A DNA stretch of 64,000 bases. Source: a virus. The stretch covers positions 32,001 to 96,000 of the IMG/VR virus record IMGVR_UViG_3300045256_000294. One strand, given 5' to 3'. The translations under genes were made by a program, and so were the position numbers. This document shows, piece after piece, positions 48,119 to 58,192 of this stretch. The notes beneath the pieces were generated by a model. The model saw only the letters and a program-made list of their open reading frames with translations, made no database searches and was not told where the DNA came from. How positions within the stretch are numbered: position 1 is the stretch's first letter; each line of letters opens with the position of its first letter.

Positions 48119-48658
48119 ATGTTCCACGCCGAACTCATCTCGATGTCTCGTGGGCAGTCCTATGACCAAGTAGACATCCTGGAATCTCGACACGGCGACT
48201 TCGAGAAATACGGTATCCAGAAACCGTTCGGAGAGCGCACCGTGGCATTCTTCACCCAGCAGGGCCAGCTAGTCCTAGCCCACCCCTGGGGTGTGCGAGT
48301 AATCCACCTGGACAAGAAGCCGCGGAGGGGTAACAACGAGAAGTGCTTCGATTTTGACCGCATTATCCTGGATGGCGACATTAGCTACCAGAACGGAAAC
48401 TACATTGACGACGGGTGCTTCGCAGAACTTGGGGTGCCGGACCTCTTCGAGGACCCCGGCGAGGTCATCGACCAAGTGACATTTTCCTGCAGCCAAGGGG
48501 TCTTCATCACCCACGACGCCAACGTCGTCAGCATCTTCCAGCATTTCCCCCGCGGCACCCGCGGCGTTACCAAGACGGTCCACGTGGCAAGCGTAGGAGA
48601 ACTGCAGAAACTCGTAGTCCCCCAGCCTCAGGCCAAAATTCGCCGCCGGAAGAAGTAA
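48119..48658 (+). CDS. hypothetical protein
   Basis: ATG at 48119 after GGAGG; abuts the next gene. Confidence 0.55.
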   Translation: MFHAELISMSRGQSYDQVDILESRHGDFEKYGIQKPFGERTVAFFTQQGQLVLAHPWGVRVIHLDKKPRRGNNEKCFDFDRIILDGDISYQNGNYIDDGCFAELGVPDLFEDPGEVIDQVTFSCSQGVFITHDANVVSIFQHFPRGTRGVTKTVHVASVGELQKLVVPQPQAKIRRRKK

Positions 48659-48660
48659 TC

Positions 48661-50028
48661 ATGATTAAGCTCATCATCTTCGACCTCGACGGCGTACTAG
48701 TTGACGCGAGGGAGTTACATTACGACGCCCTCAACATGGCACTGGCCACCATCGGCCGGCAATACGTCATCGAGCGTGATGAGCATCTCCTCTTCTACGA
48801 CGGGTTACCCACCAACAAGAAACTCGCCAAACTCACGGCCGAGAAAGGACTCCCTGAGTCCGAGCACAAACGGGTCTGGTCTCTCAAACAGGACATGACC
48901 CGCACCCTCATCAACAAATTCAGCTACGACGACCAGAAATGCGATCTCCTCAAGAAGCTTAAAGCTGCGGGCTACACTATCGCTGTGGCTAGCAATTCAG
49001 TCAGGGACACTGTGAAAATGTTCCTACTGCGAACCGGGATGATCGAGTTCGTTGATTTCTACTACTCGAACCAAGATGTGCAGCAACCGAAGCCCCACTC
49101 CGAGATCTATCTGCAGTGCATGCTGCGGGCGGGGGTGAATCCAAGCGAGACTCTGATCGTAGAGGACTCACATATAGGGCGACTAGGGGCTAAAGCATCT
49201 GGCGGCCACGTTTGTGCCGTCCGCAACCCCGGCGACGTCATCTATATCCGCCTCCACGAGGAAATCCAAGCCGTGAACAGTCACGACACCCCATCCAAGT
49301 GGCAGGGTGGAAACCTCAACGTCCTCATCCCTATGGCTGGTGAGGGCAGCCGCTTCGCCAAGGCTGGTTACACCTTCCCTAAGCCACTGATCGAAGTCCG
49401 TGGCAAGCCCATGATCCAGGTCGTCACCGAGAACCTGAACATGGATGCCAGGTTCATCTACCTGGTGCGGAAAGAGCACTACGAGAAATACAACCTCAAG
49501 TACCTGTTCGCCCTGATTGCTCCGAACCACGAAGTGGTTCTCGTAGACAAGCTCACAGAAGGTGCTGCCTGTACCACCCTACTGGCCCGCCAGTTCATCG
49601 ACAGCGACGATCCGCTTATCATCGCCAACTCCGACCAGTTCGTCGAGTGGGATTCAAACGAGTTTATGTACTCGATGGTCGGTGACTATATCGACGGCGG
49701 CATCCTCACTTTCGAAGCGACCCACCCCAAATGGAGCTACGTCAAGCTGGATGAAAAGGGCCTCGTCTCAGAAGTGGCCGAGAAGAAGGTCATCAGCAAC
49801 AAGGCTACCGTAGGCATCTACTACTGGAAAAAGGGCAACGACTACTGCCGCTACGCCGACCAGATGATCGCCAAGAATATCCGCACGAACGGTGAATTCT
49901 ACGTCTGCCCGGTTTTCAACGAAGCCATCGGGGATGGCAAGGTAATCAAGACCTTCGACATCAAGAAAATGTGGGGGCTGGGCACACCCGAAGACCTCGA
50001 CTACTTCCTGAAGAACCACCATGGCTGA
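48661..50028 (+). CDS. HAD phosphatase fused to a sugar nucleotidyltransferase
   Basis: FDLDGVL, KP, EDS..G; then IPMAGEGSRF...PKPLI, NSDQ, EKK, LGTPEDL. Confidence 0.9.
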   Translation: MIKLIIFDLDGVLVDARELHYDALNMALATIGRQYVIERDEHLLFYDGLPTNKKLAKLTAEKGLPESEHKRVWSLKQDMTRTLINKFSYDDQKCDLLKKLKAAGYTIAVASNSVRDTVKMFLLRTGMIEFVDFYYSNQDVQQPKPHSEIYLQCMLRAGVNPSETLIVEDSHIGRLGAKASGGHVCAVRNPGDVIYIRLHEEIQAVNSHDTPSKWQGGNLNVLIPMAGEGSRFAKAGYTFPKPLIEVRGKPMIQVVTENLNMDARFIYLVRKEHYEKYNLKYLFALIAPNHEVVLVDKLTEGAACTTLLARQFIDSDDPLIIANSDQFVEWDSNEFMYSMVGDYIDGGILTFEATHPKWSYVKLDEKGLVSEVAEKKVISNKATVGIYYWKKGNDYCRYADQMIAKNIRTNGEFYVCPVFNEAIGDGKVIKTFDIKKMWGLGTPEDLDYFLKNHHG

Positions 50029-50290
50029 TCCTACTAACAAGTACACTGTCCTTCAGCGAGACACCTACAACGGTGGCTACTCGCAATGGCACGGCCACAA
50101 CAAGGACGTGATGATCGGCTCATTCGATAAGCATAATGCCCACGGGCCGTCTCTGCCTCAATGCCGCGGTTGTTGCACGGCGATTTTCTGAAAGTGGGTT
50201 TCAAGAACTTCGACCACACGATCATTCCGGCCCCACCCTACGAACCGCTTCACATTCACGATTCCTGGATTTTCGTAAGGGGGCAGAAAG
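50021..50290 (+). pseudogene. internally deleted gene remnant (possibly a methyltransferase)
   Basis: An N-terminal piece (YTVLQ...GSFDKHN) and a C-terminal piece (KVGFKNF...WIFVRG) lie in different frames. Confidence 0.35.
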
Positions 50291-50746
50291 ATGTTCAAGA
50301 TCTCACACCGTGGCAATCTACGGGGTCCTGACTCTAGCCTTGAGAATAAACCGGAGCACGTAGCCTCCCTGGTCCAACAAGGATATCAGGTCGAAGTGGA
50401 CGTGCGGACGAGCCCCGACGGACGACTGCTGTTCCTGGGCCATGATGAGCCGCAGTACGCCATCCCGGAGTCGTTTCTACAGCTGCCGGGGCTGTGGTGC
50501 CACGCTAAGGACTATGGCGCTTTGCAGCGGTTGGCCTCCCTCAACGTACACTACTTCTGGCACGACATCGAGGATTTGGTGTTGACCTCGCATCGTGTGC
50601 CATGGGTTCACCCGCGGATGGAGCTTGAGCGGTTCCCGCTTGAACTCATCAAACGGTCGGTGCTGGTGCTCCCGGAAAAGTCGCCAACCAACAAAGACTA
50701 TGTGAAGCGGTGCTGTGCCGTCTGCACCGACTACGTGTTGGAGTGA
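50291..50746 (+). CDS. PLC-like/GDPD-type phosphodiesterase
   Basis: ISHRGN, EN, VEVDV, LGHD, WCHAK, FWH, VCTDY. Confidence 0.8.
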   Translation: MFKISHRGNLRGPDSSLENKPEHVASLVQQGYQVEVDVRTSPDGRLLFLGHDEPQYAIPESFLQLPGLWCHAKDYGALQRLASLNVHYFWHDIEDLVLTSHRVPWVHPRMELERFPLELIKRSVLVLPEKSPTNKDYVKRCCAVCTDYVLE

Positions 50747-50750
50747 TCCC

Positions 50751-51470
50751 GTGAAACGTACTGCCGTGTGTCTGTCGGGTCTGGTACGAACTTTCGAACA
50801 GACCCATCAGAACCTCCATGACCAGCTTCTTGTCGTTAACCCAGACTTCCAATTCGACTTCTTCCTGTCCACCTGGGCCAACGCCGACTCCCGCAAATCC
50901 ACGCAGAAGATCCGGCTGGAGCAGTGGGGCCATCCCGTCGAAGAACTCATCCCGATTAACCCAACTCCAGTAGACCGACTCAAATTCATCTACAAGCCGG
51001 TAGCGATCAACGTCGAGGAGAAAAGGACATGGGATGTCACAAAGTATACCAGTAATAAGGATAAATTGGCCAGTCCTGAGGCGTGGCTGGGGATGACTTA
51101 CAAAATCGCCGACTGTGATCGTCTCCGTCGTCAATACCAGGCACAGATGGGTTTCATATACGATGTTGTGATTCGCTGCCGTTTTGATATTCTCTTGCCT
51201 ATCCCGATCACCCTGGATCTCGATCCGGCCAAGTTGTACGTCCCCAAGATGTGGGCTCCATCCTACCGGGAGCAACCGTGAACCAATGACATGTTCGCCA
51301 TTGGTTCCGACAAGGTGATGGAGATTTACGCGGGGGCTCACGAGGCTACTGACGCTCTGTTCGACCGTGGGGTCATTTTTCAGCCTGAAATTCTGCTCCA
51401 TAACCATCTGGCCGAGCACGGCGTGCCGGTTGAGGTTATGGACTTCGATATGACGATTCTCCGCAATTAA
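50751..51470 (+). pseudogene. glycosyltransferase-like protein interrupted by one in-frame TGA
   Basis: AVCLSG..R, YD.VIRCRFD; after TGA (51279-81) the frame continues TNDMFAIG...PEILL to 51470. Confidence 0.7.
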
Positions 51471-51541
51471 AGCAAGTCAGGGGTCTTGCCACACGTCGGT
51501 GATTCCCCCCACGTATTAAACCGGGAACCACCGAGGAAGCT

Positions 51542-54439
51542 ATGTTCAATCTGGAAGCCATCGACGACCACTTCCCGAAGCGTGTGGATGGCCAAGCCTC
51601 CTATCGCGAGGGCCAAAAGAAGGCTATCGAGTTCGCCCTCAATGCCTTCAACAGCGGCAAGCGGGTCGTACTAATTGAGGGGCCGACCGGCTCCGGCAAG
51701 AGCGCCATCGGCATGACCCTGGCCGACATGGTGCCGCGGTCCTACTACTTGACCGGTAGCAAAATCCTGCAAGACCAGTTGGTCGGAGAATTCGGCGATC
51801 AGATCGTCGAACTCAAGGGCCGCAATGCCTACCCCTGCACCTTCTACCCCCGGTTCGGGCCGGAGATGGTCCGCCGCGGCATCTGGAAGCAGCAACAACT
51901 CGATACGCATCTCAAGAAGAACCACAACTGTGCAGACGGCTTCTGCAAGTCCAAGAGCGGCAGGCAGGGCAAGAAGCAGCAGTGCCTCAAGTGTTTCACT
52001 CCTGGTGGGCCGCACGGCACCGGTCGGCCCAGCGGCGACCTAGAAGTGCTACCCCTGGGAATGCGATACAGTGCCTGCCCGTACTACGAGCAGGTGTACA
52101 AGGCCCTCGCTGGCCGCAAAGTGACGATGAACTTCTCGTCGTTCCTGTTCCAGACGCAGATGACCAAGCGGTTCGACGAGCCTCGCGACCTGATGATCGT
52201 GGACGAGTGCTTCCACCCCCACACCCGAATCCAGACGGAGGCCGGTCTGATTCCCATCGGGAAGCTAGTCAACGAGCAGATGGTAATACGTGTGGTAAGC
52301 TTCAACTTCATGACCAAGGAAATTGAGTATAAGCCAATTGCCCGCTGGCTCCGTCGCGGCAAGCAACAGACTTATAAAGTATTAGTCGGCAATCGAACGA
52401 TGTATCCGACCGCCGACCACAAGATCTTTACGCCCTATGGCAAGAAGAAGCTCATCGACTTGAAAGTAGGCGATAAGGTATATGTCCGTCAGACAGAAAT
52501 CACCCCGGACCAACAGCAACTGGTATTGGGGTCGTTGCTAGGGGACGCGAGCCTGCAAGTGGTCGAGTCCAAGAAAATTGGGAAGAAGTATATCAACAAG
52601 GCCACCAGGGGGCGGGTGCGGTTCCGTCACGGTCCTAAGCAGTTTAATTACCTCATGTGGAAGCATAAAATTCTTGGTCCGCATGCCGGGACCGCTCCGA
52701 GTCTTAAGCCATCCGCCGGCTATACCAAGACGACAGCTTCGTTTAGCACTAGTTGTGATTTCTATGATGTCATCGAACCCACCATCATCAATGGCAAGAA
52801 ATCACCGAACCCGGTATGGCTGAGCAAAGTGGGAGCAATGGGTTTAGCAGTCTGGTACATGGATAATGGTGGAATCAGTAACCAAAGTGCCAGATTCAAC
52901 ACCCATGGTTTCGACCTCGCTGCGAACAATCTACTGGCCGGATGGCTACGTTCTACGTGGGGTTTAGAGTGCGAAGTAAAGCCAACCGTCAAGAACGATC
53001 AGACTCTCTACTACATCCAACTTGGGCGGGAGAGTACCAGGTTGTTGATGCGACTGATCTCTCGTTATATTCCGCCTTGTATGCGGCACAAGTTGATAAA
53101 GTACGTGCCGCACGAACCACAGACTGGCTATGCTTTGCGTAACCCACACCGTAAGTTAGACCTAGAACGCAGTAATACGCCTCTTCTAGATTTGCAGGTC
53201 GCAGTTCAAGAGACTGATTGGGAGGGTTACGATTCAACCGTCGAAACTCAAGTCTGCCGCGAAGTGTCTGAGAGCGTGATCCGATCGATTGAACCATACA
53301 AGGAAACCGTTACCTATGATTTGGAAGTAGAGGATAATCACAACTACTTCGCCGGCAATACACTAGTATCCAACTGTCACAACATCGAGTCGCAGCTGAT
53401 GGACTTCGTGTCCCTCTCCATCAGTGACGCCCACCTGCAGCAGCACGGAATTGTCCTGCCGAAATTGGAGACGCCGGAGGAGTATGCGGTGTTCTTCGAG
53501 GACTCGAAGCTACACGAGGCCCTGCTTAAGGTCTATAACGACGCCAACGAGCAGGACCAGATATGGCTGGCTGACGAAATCTCGCGGACGCTCAAAAAGT
53601 ACAAGATGTTCCTAGACCACATCCAGACCGAAGGGTCGGTGTGGGTGAGCGAGTACGAGTCGTCGCAGAGCGGCCACAACAAGGTGACCCTCAAGCCGGT
53701 CTACGTGCACAACATGGCCAGCGAGCTACTGTTCCAGTATGCCCATCGGGTGGTGTTGATGTCGGCCACCATCCTGGACGTGGACGTGATATGCAAGAGC
53801 CTAGGTATCCCGCGAGAAGAAGTGGCGGCGGTTCGGCTCAAGAACCGTTTCCCGGTCAAGAACCGTCCCATCCACATCCGGCCGGTTGCCAAGATGACCG
53901 GCGGAGCCGAGGGGATGAAGAAATGGGGTCCGGCTCTCGTCGAAGGCGTCAACCAAGTCGCCGACGAGTACCCGGATAAGCGTGGTATCATTCATACCCA
54001 CAACTTCTCTATCGCCAAGCTGCTGCGAGAGAACTGTGACCCCGGGGTGAAGCGGCGGTTCCTGTTCCAGGATGAGTTCAACAACGACAAGAAGGCGATG
54101 CTAGCCGCCCACGCCAAAAGCCCGGACTCGATCTTGGTGGCTCCGGCCATGCACGAGGGGATCGACCTGCATGGCGACCTGTCGCGGTTCCAGGTGATCT
54201 GCAAGGTCCCGTACGCCAACTTCTATGACAACCCACAGTTGGCGATGCGGGTAGAGGCCGACTGGAAATACTACATCTGGATCACAGCCCTCAAGCTCGT
54301 TCAAAGCTATGGTAGGAGTGTTAGGTCGGACACCGACTACGCCGACACTTATATTCTAGATGAATCTATCAATAAATTCATTCGGGACGCTAAGAACATG
54401 CTCCCGGATTGGTTTCTTGAAGCCATTAAGTATGAGTAA
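51542..54439 (+). CDS. DinG/XPD-family SF2 helicase containing an intein
   Basis: YREGQ, GPTGSGKS, LKGRNAYPC, DE|CH, MSAT, EGID, QSYGRSVR. Confidence 0.9.
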   Translation: MFNLEAIDDHFPKRVDGQASYREGQKKAIEFALNAFNSGKRVVLIEGPTGSGKSAIGMTLADMVPRSYYLTGSKILQDQLVGEFGDQIVELKGRNAYPCTFYPRFGPEMVRRGIWKQQQLDTHLKKNHNCADGFCKSKSGRQGKKQQCLKCFTPGGPHGTGRPSGDLEVLPLGMRYSACPYYEQVYKALAGRKVTMNFSSFLFQTQMTKRFDEPRDLMIVDECFHPHTRIQTEAGLIPIGKLVNEQMVIRVVSFNFMTKEIEYKPIARWLRRGKQQTYKVLVGNRTMYPTADHKIFTPYGKKKLIDLKVGDKVYVRQTEITPDQQQLVLGSLLGDASLQVVESKKIGKKYINKATRGRVRFRHGPKQFNYLMWKHKILGPHAGTAPSLKPSAGYTKTTASFSTSCDFYDVIEPTIINGKKSPNPVWLSKVGAMGLAVWYMDNGGISNQSARFNTHGFDLAANNLLAGWLRSTWGLECEVKPTVKNDQTLYYIQLGRESTRLLMRLISRYIPPCMRHKLIKYVPHEPQTGYALRNPHRKLDLERSNTPLLDLQVAVQETDWEGYDSTVETQVCREVSESVIRSIEPYKETVTYDLEVEDNHNYFAGNTLVSNCHNIESQLMDFVSLSISDAHLQQHGIVLPKLETPEEYAVFFEDSKLHEALLKVYNDANEQDQIWLADEISRTLKKYKMFLDHIQTEGSVWVSEYESSQSGHNKVTLKPVYVHNMASELLFQYAHRVVLMSATILDVDVICKSLGIPREEVAAVRLKNRFPVKNRPIHIRPVAKMTGGAEGMKKWGPALVEGVNQVADEYPDKRGIIHTHNFSIAKLLRENCDPGVKRRFLFQDEFNNDKKAMLAAHAKSPDSILVAPAMHEGIDLHGDLSRFQVICKVPYANFYDNPQLAMRVEADWKYYIWITALKLVQSYGRSVRSDTDYADTYILDESINKFIRDAKNMLPDWFLEAIKYE
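52208..53374 (+). mobile_element. LAGLIDADG intein in the helicase DExH motif (389 aa)
   Basis: IVDE|CFHP...TADHK...LVSN|CHN; blocks GSLLGDA and WYMDNG. Confidence 0.9.
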
Positions 54440-55973
54440 GCGAATCAAATTCAATTGTGCACGCTGTAAAGCTGAAACATCAAAAACAGCTTCGAATTTC
54501 TACAAACAAAAGAAACGTATCGGTCAGTCACTATGTGCGACTTGCGCCAAACAGGTGGGGGTTAATAAAACCAGAGCCATAGCCGCGTTAAGACATCCGG
54601 TAACCAATGAAAGCCGGGTGACCGTCACATGCAGCTGTGGAGCAACGCGGGAAGTTTCATTTCGTCAGAGCAAGACAGCGAGCAAGTGCTTGTCATGTGC
54701 TAGCAAATCACGATATGCCTCTCATAGATCGACATATCTTCAAAATGCTGCTGAACGTTCCGGTGATCCAACATTTTCCGCAGTTGTATCGCGTGGGATG
54801 GCCACTATCCCGCCAGAAGCGAAGAGCCGAAATGGTGCAATAGCATCGGCTGCTCTGTGGAATGATCCAGGTCGCCGTGCGGCTGAATCTATGAGACGAC
54901 AGACAATAGCCTGGCGGGATAGATTGAGTCAGTCACTTAGGGGTGTTAATACACTAACCACTGACGAATTTGTGGCTAGAGCGGTTAAGGTGCATGGTGG
55001 TAAATATGATTATTCACTAACGAATTATACACACAGCAAGTCATCGATTATTATTATTTGCCCAACACATGGGCAATTTATTCAATGCGCTGCCGATCAT
55101 TTGTATCACGAGAATGGTTGTCCTAATTGCTATTCGCCAATATCCAGGCCACATAGTCAGATTAACGATTACTTGGAGTCACTTGGCCACTTCGTAAGTG
55201 TTAATGATCGTTCTCACGGGTTTGAGATTGATTCATTGGTAGGGAATTTTGGAATTGAGTATCATGGATTGTACTGGCATTCATATTCACGTTTAGAAGA
55301 CAAGAAAAGTCGTTATCGACACCATGATAAGGCAACCGTAGCAGCCGCCAAACACATTAGACTTTATCAAATTTTCGAACATGAATGGCGCGATCGACGT
55401 CCGATAGTCGAGTCAATGATTGCGAATGCTCTGGGTCATACTATACCAATACACGCTAGAGAATGTGTTGCAGTTGAATTAGATGATTCATCCGAATTCT
55501 TTGAATATAATCATTTACAGGGGTATCGTCCCGCTTTGTTTAGCTTTGGCTTATATCATGGCAACGAATTGATGATGGCCATTTCAGTATCGCGACATCA
55601 TCAATTCGAATTCGAATTGATTAGAGCGGCGACGATCAGAGGCTACCGAATTAGAGGTGGACTTAGTAAACTTCTGACCTTTTGTCAACGCAGAACTGGA
55701 ATGCGGTCATTGATGACTTATGCCGACAGACGTTTTTCAACAGGGAATTCGTATTTGCAATGCGGTTTCAAAATGCTATCTATAACTAAACCAAATTATT
55801 GGTATACGAAGAATGGTTTGGTTTTCAGCCGTCAGCAATTCCAAAAATCGAAACTTAGTTCTATTCTGGCAGCGTATGACGATAGTAGTTCAGAATCAGT
55901 GAATATGTTTAATAACGGTTATCGCCGATTTTGGGATGCAGGGCATTGTAAATTAGTTAAAACTTGGCCTTAA
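54432..55973 (+). CDS. free-standing homing endonuclease, paralogue of 25530-27188
   Basis: YDYS...CPTHG, EID...GIEYHGLYWHS, GYRRFWDAGH; AT-rich. Confidence 0.8.
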   Translation: MSKRIKFNCARCKAETSKTASNFYKQKKRIGQSLCATCAKQVGVNKTRAIAALRHPVTNESRVTVTCSCGATREVSFRQSKTASKCLSCASKSRYASHRSTYLQNAAERSGDPTFSAVVSRGMATIPPEAKSRNGAIASAALWNDPGRRAAESMRRQTIAWRDRLSQSLRGVNTLTTDEFVARAVKVHGGKYDYSLTNYTHSKSSIIIICPTHGQFIQCAADHLYHENGCPNCYSPISRPHSQINDYLESLGHFVSVNDRSHGFEIDSLVGNFGIEYHGLYWHSYSRLEDKKSRYRHHDKATVAAAKHIRLYQIFEHEWRDRRPIVESMIANALGHTIPIHARECVAVELDDSSEFFEYNHLQGYRPALFSFGLYHGNELMMAISVSRHHQFEFELIRAATIRGYRIRGGLSKLLTFCQRRTGMRSLMTYADRRFSTGNSYLQCGFKMLSITKPNYWYTKNGLVFSRQQFQKSKLSSILAAYDDSSSESVNMFNNGYRRFWDAGHCKLVKTWP

Positions 55974-56100
55974 TGGACTGGTTCATAGAAGCCATCAGCG
56001 TCCGAGAACGAGTGCGAATGCATCGAGTTCGGCCCCGGTGTGGACAATTTCGTCGGCGGGTTAGACCCAATAGATCCGGTCTACATCGAGATCGCTGACC

Positions 56101-56835
56101 CTAACTAGTTTGATCGTCTGTTGGACCTACTTCGCCACCGAGGAGTGATTGCCGACGCCGCGGCTGACTCCCGAACTTCTGGACATAAGTCTGGTGAATG
56201 ATGTTCTTGGCGGCAATGTAGCCGTAGGTGACGTGAGGGATGCATGGTTGACCGCCCGGCATGATTGGCAATGCCGGCATACCCAGCTTCTCGCGGATAT
56301 GTGCCATAGCCGGGCACCGCACTTCTTCGGCAATTAAGATTGGCCCCTTTGGATCGGCCTCGTCTTTGTAGAACGCCGCCTGCAGCACCCGCAATTTATG
56401 GGTGTACTGGATAGTACACCGCACACCCTTACCGTTTGGCTCGAAGAATCCGGTTTCCATAAGCGTCTGGGTAGGGTTTGGGCCGAGGGCTTTAGTAAGT
56501 TCAGGCCCCATAGAGACGGTGATGTGAGCCTCGCCCACGTGGGTCATCTTCCGGCCTGGGTTAGGAATGATGCGGGCTTCTGGTGGGATACGTGATTTCT
56601 GAGCAGATGGGATGACCAGACCGCCTTGTCCTTCGACGAAATAGGCGATCTGGTCACGTGACAGGTAGCGAATCATCATCCTGACCCGGCCAAGCGGGAC
56701 AGGAATGTACAGGAAGTTGGGCCTTGATGGGTCACCGGTCCCGTAGTTGAGCGTTTCAGGCTCACCCGTTCCCAGCGAGTTCTGTAGGTTGCCCAGCCAC
56801 GCCGTTGTCGCTTCCGTGATTGATGACAATCTCAT
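56101..56835 (-). CDS. 2H phosphoesterase
   Basis: Two HxT motifs (AHITV, PHVTY). Confidence 0.65.
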   Translation of the reverse strand: MRLSSITEATTAWLGNLQNSLGTGEPETLNYGTGDPSRPNFLYIPVPLGRVRMMIRYLSRDQIAYFVEGQGGLVIPSAQKSRIPPEARIIPNPGRKMTHVGEAHITVSMGPELTKALGPNPTQTLMETGFFEPNGKGVRCTIQYTHKLRVLQAAFYKDEADPKGPILIAEEVRCPAMAHIREKLGMPALPIMPGGQPCIPHVTYGYIAAKNIIHQTYVQKFGSQPRRRQSLLGGEVGPTDDQTS

Positions 56836-57124
56836 AGTCGCCCGGCTGCAAGTTGAGGGTGACGGGAGTGCCGTCCTTGAACTCACCCTGTATCTTTTCA
56901 CCCATCTGGGAACCGTAGGTGCACTCTATAGAGTACCTACCATCCCCGCCGGTGACCAGCAGGTTCGTCTGGAGAGCCATTACCACGGGCATGCCGATGT
57001 CAGGGGTGTCATCCGGAGCGTCGACCGGGCAGATGCTGGTAGTCACGTCCAATTTGAGCGACTCACCATCCCCTAACATCCAGGTCCATTTCTGACCTCC
57101 GGACCGCATTAACATGATACGCAT
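56762..57124 (-). CDS. hypothetical protein
   Basis: 120-aa ORF with AGGAG RBS. Confidence 0.6.
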   Translation of the reverse strand: MRIMLMRSGGQKWTWMLGDGESLKLDVTTSICPVDAPDDTPDIGMPVVMALQTNLLVTGGDGRYSIECTYGSQMGEKIQGEFKDGTPVTLNLQPGDYEIVINHGSDNGVAGQPTELAGNG

Positions 57125-57153
57125 CGGTGTCTCCTGTTGGATGGTTCTCTGTG

Positions 57154-58134
57154 TCAGCGGAGGACTCCGCCGTAAATGGTGTTGACTGTATCCAGGGGAG
57201 GGGGTAGTGGCGGTGCCTTGTATTGGAGTTTCTGGGCCTCTATGGTGTTGTGCAGGAGCATCGTCACCGTCATTGGACCAACCCCACCCGGAACCGGGCT
57301 GTAAGCGGCAACGATGTCGTAGACGTCACGCCGCACGTCGCCTACGATCTTACCGTCTACCCGGTTGATGCCGACGTCCACCAAGACGGTCTTGGTGTTC
57401 ACCATGTTGGGGGTGATAAAATCGGGCTTGCCAACTGCTACCACGATGATATCGGCGGACTGGCATACGTCCTGTAGTCGTTGCGGTGGTGTCCGGTCGT
57501 GGCAGATGGTGACCGTGGCGTTGGCTTCCTCTTTGTCCTGGATCAACAGAGCCTTAAGCGGCTTGCCAACCACGTCAGAGCGGTTGATGATGACGACCTT
57601 CTTCCCCTCGATCTCGACGCCCGATCGTGTCAGAAGTTCTTGTATCCCGTGTGGCGTGCAGGGGATGAATCGGGGGCGGCCCTGGAGCAGCAGGCCAGTA
57701 TTGACTGGGTTGAAGACGTCTACGTCTTTAAGAGGGTCGATGCGGTCGAAGATCTCGAAGTTGGTGATATTCAGTTCCTTTGGTAGTGGTAACTGCACTA
57801 AGATACCATGAACATTGGGGTCCAAGTTGAGGTAGTCGATAGTCCGGATCAGGTGTTCCCGCGGGTCCGACCAGTTCTGGATGCCGTTCTCGAAAGGGCG
57901 GAGTACGAAGCTGTTGATCCCCACTTCGGCACAGGCTTCGATTTTCTTCTTGACATAAACCTTGCTGGCCGGGTCGTCTGAGCATAGGACTACGGCTAGG
58001 GTTGGTGGTACCGATGGTGGCTTGGGCTTGTTGTGATTGTAAGGCGTCCAGGCCGACTTCCTCGCCGAGAGCATCACCTTCATTTCGTGGCGGATTTCAG
58101 CCGAGATGTGGTTGCCATTCAGGATCTGGGCCAT
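57154..58134 (-). CDS. folD: methylenetetrahydrofolate dehydrogenase/cyclohydrolase
   Basis: YV..K, GILVQLPLP, KDVD, PCTP, RS.VVGKP, DVGIN, PVPGGVGPMT. Confidence 0.95.
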   Translation of the reverse strand: MAQILNGNHISAEIRHEMKVMLSARKSAWTPYNHNKPKPPSVPPTLAVVLCSDDPASKVYVKKKIEACAEVGINSFVLRPFENGIQNWSDPREHLIRTIDYLNLDPNVHGILVQLPLPKELNITNFEIFDRIDPLKDVDVFNPVNTGLLLQGRPRFIPCTPHGIQELLTRSGVEIEGKKVVIINRSDVVGKPLKALLIQDKEEANATVTICHDRTPPQRLQDVCQSADIIVVAVGKPDFITPNMVNTKTVLVDVGINRVDGKIVGDVRRDVYDIVAAYSPVPGGVGPMTVTMLLHNTIEAQKLQYKAPPLPPPLDTVNTIYGGVLR

Positions 58135-58192
58135 TTTGACTCCTAACGGTGTTACGGGGGCTCGTATTTAATGCACAACACGGAGTCCCTCC

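Noticed and set aside
36789-51281. Genome-wide stop-codon reassignment suggested by two in-frame TGAs
   Set aside because: Many clear genes end in TGA with ATGA/TGATG coupling, TAG and TAA also terminate genes, and the long core genes are uninterrupted in the standard code.
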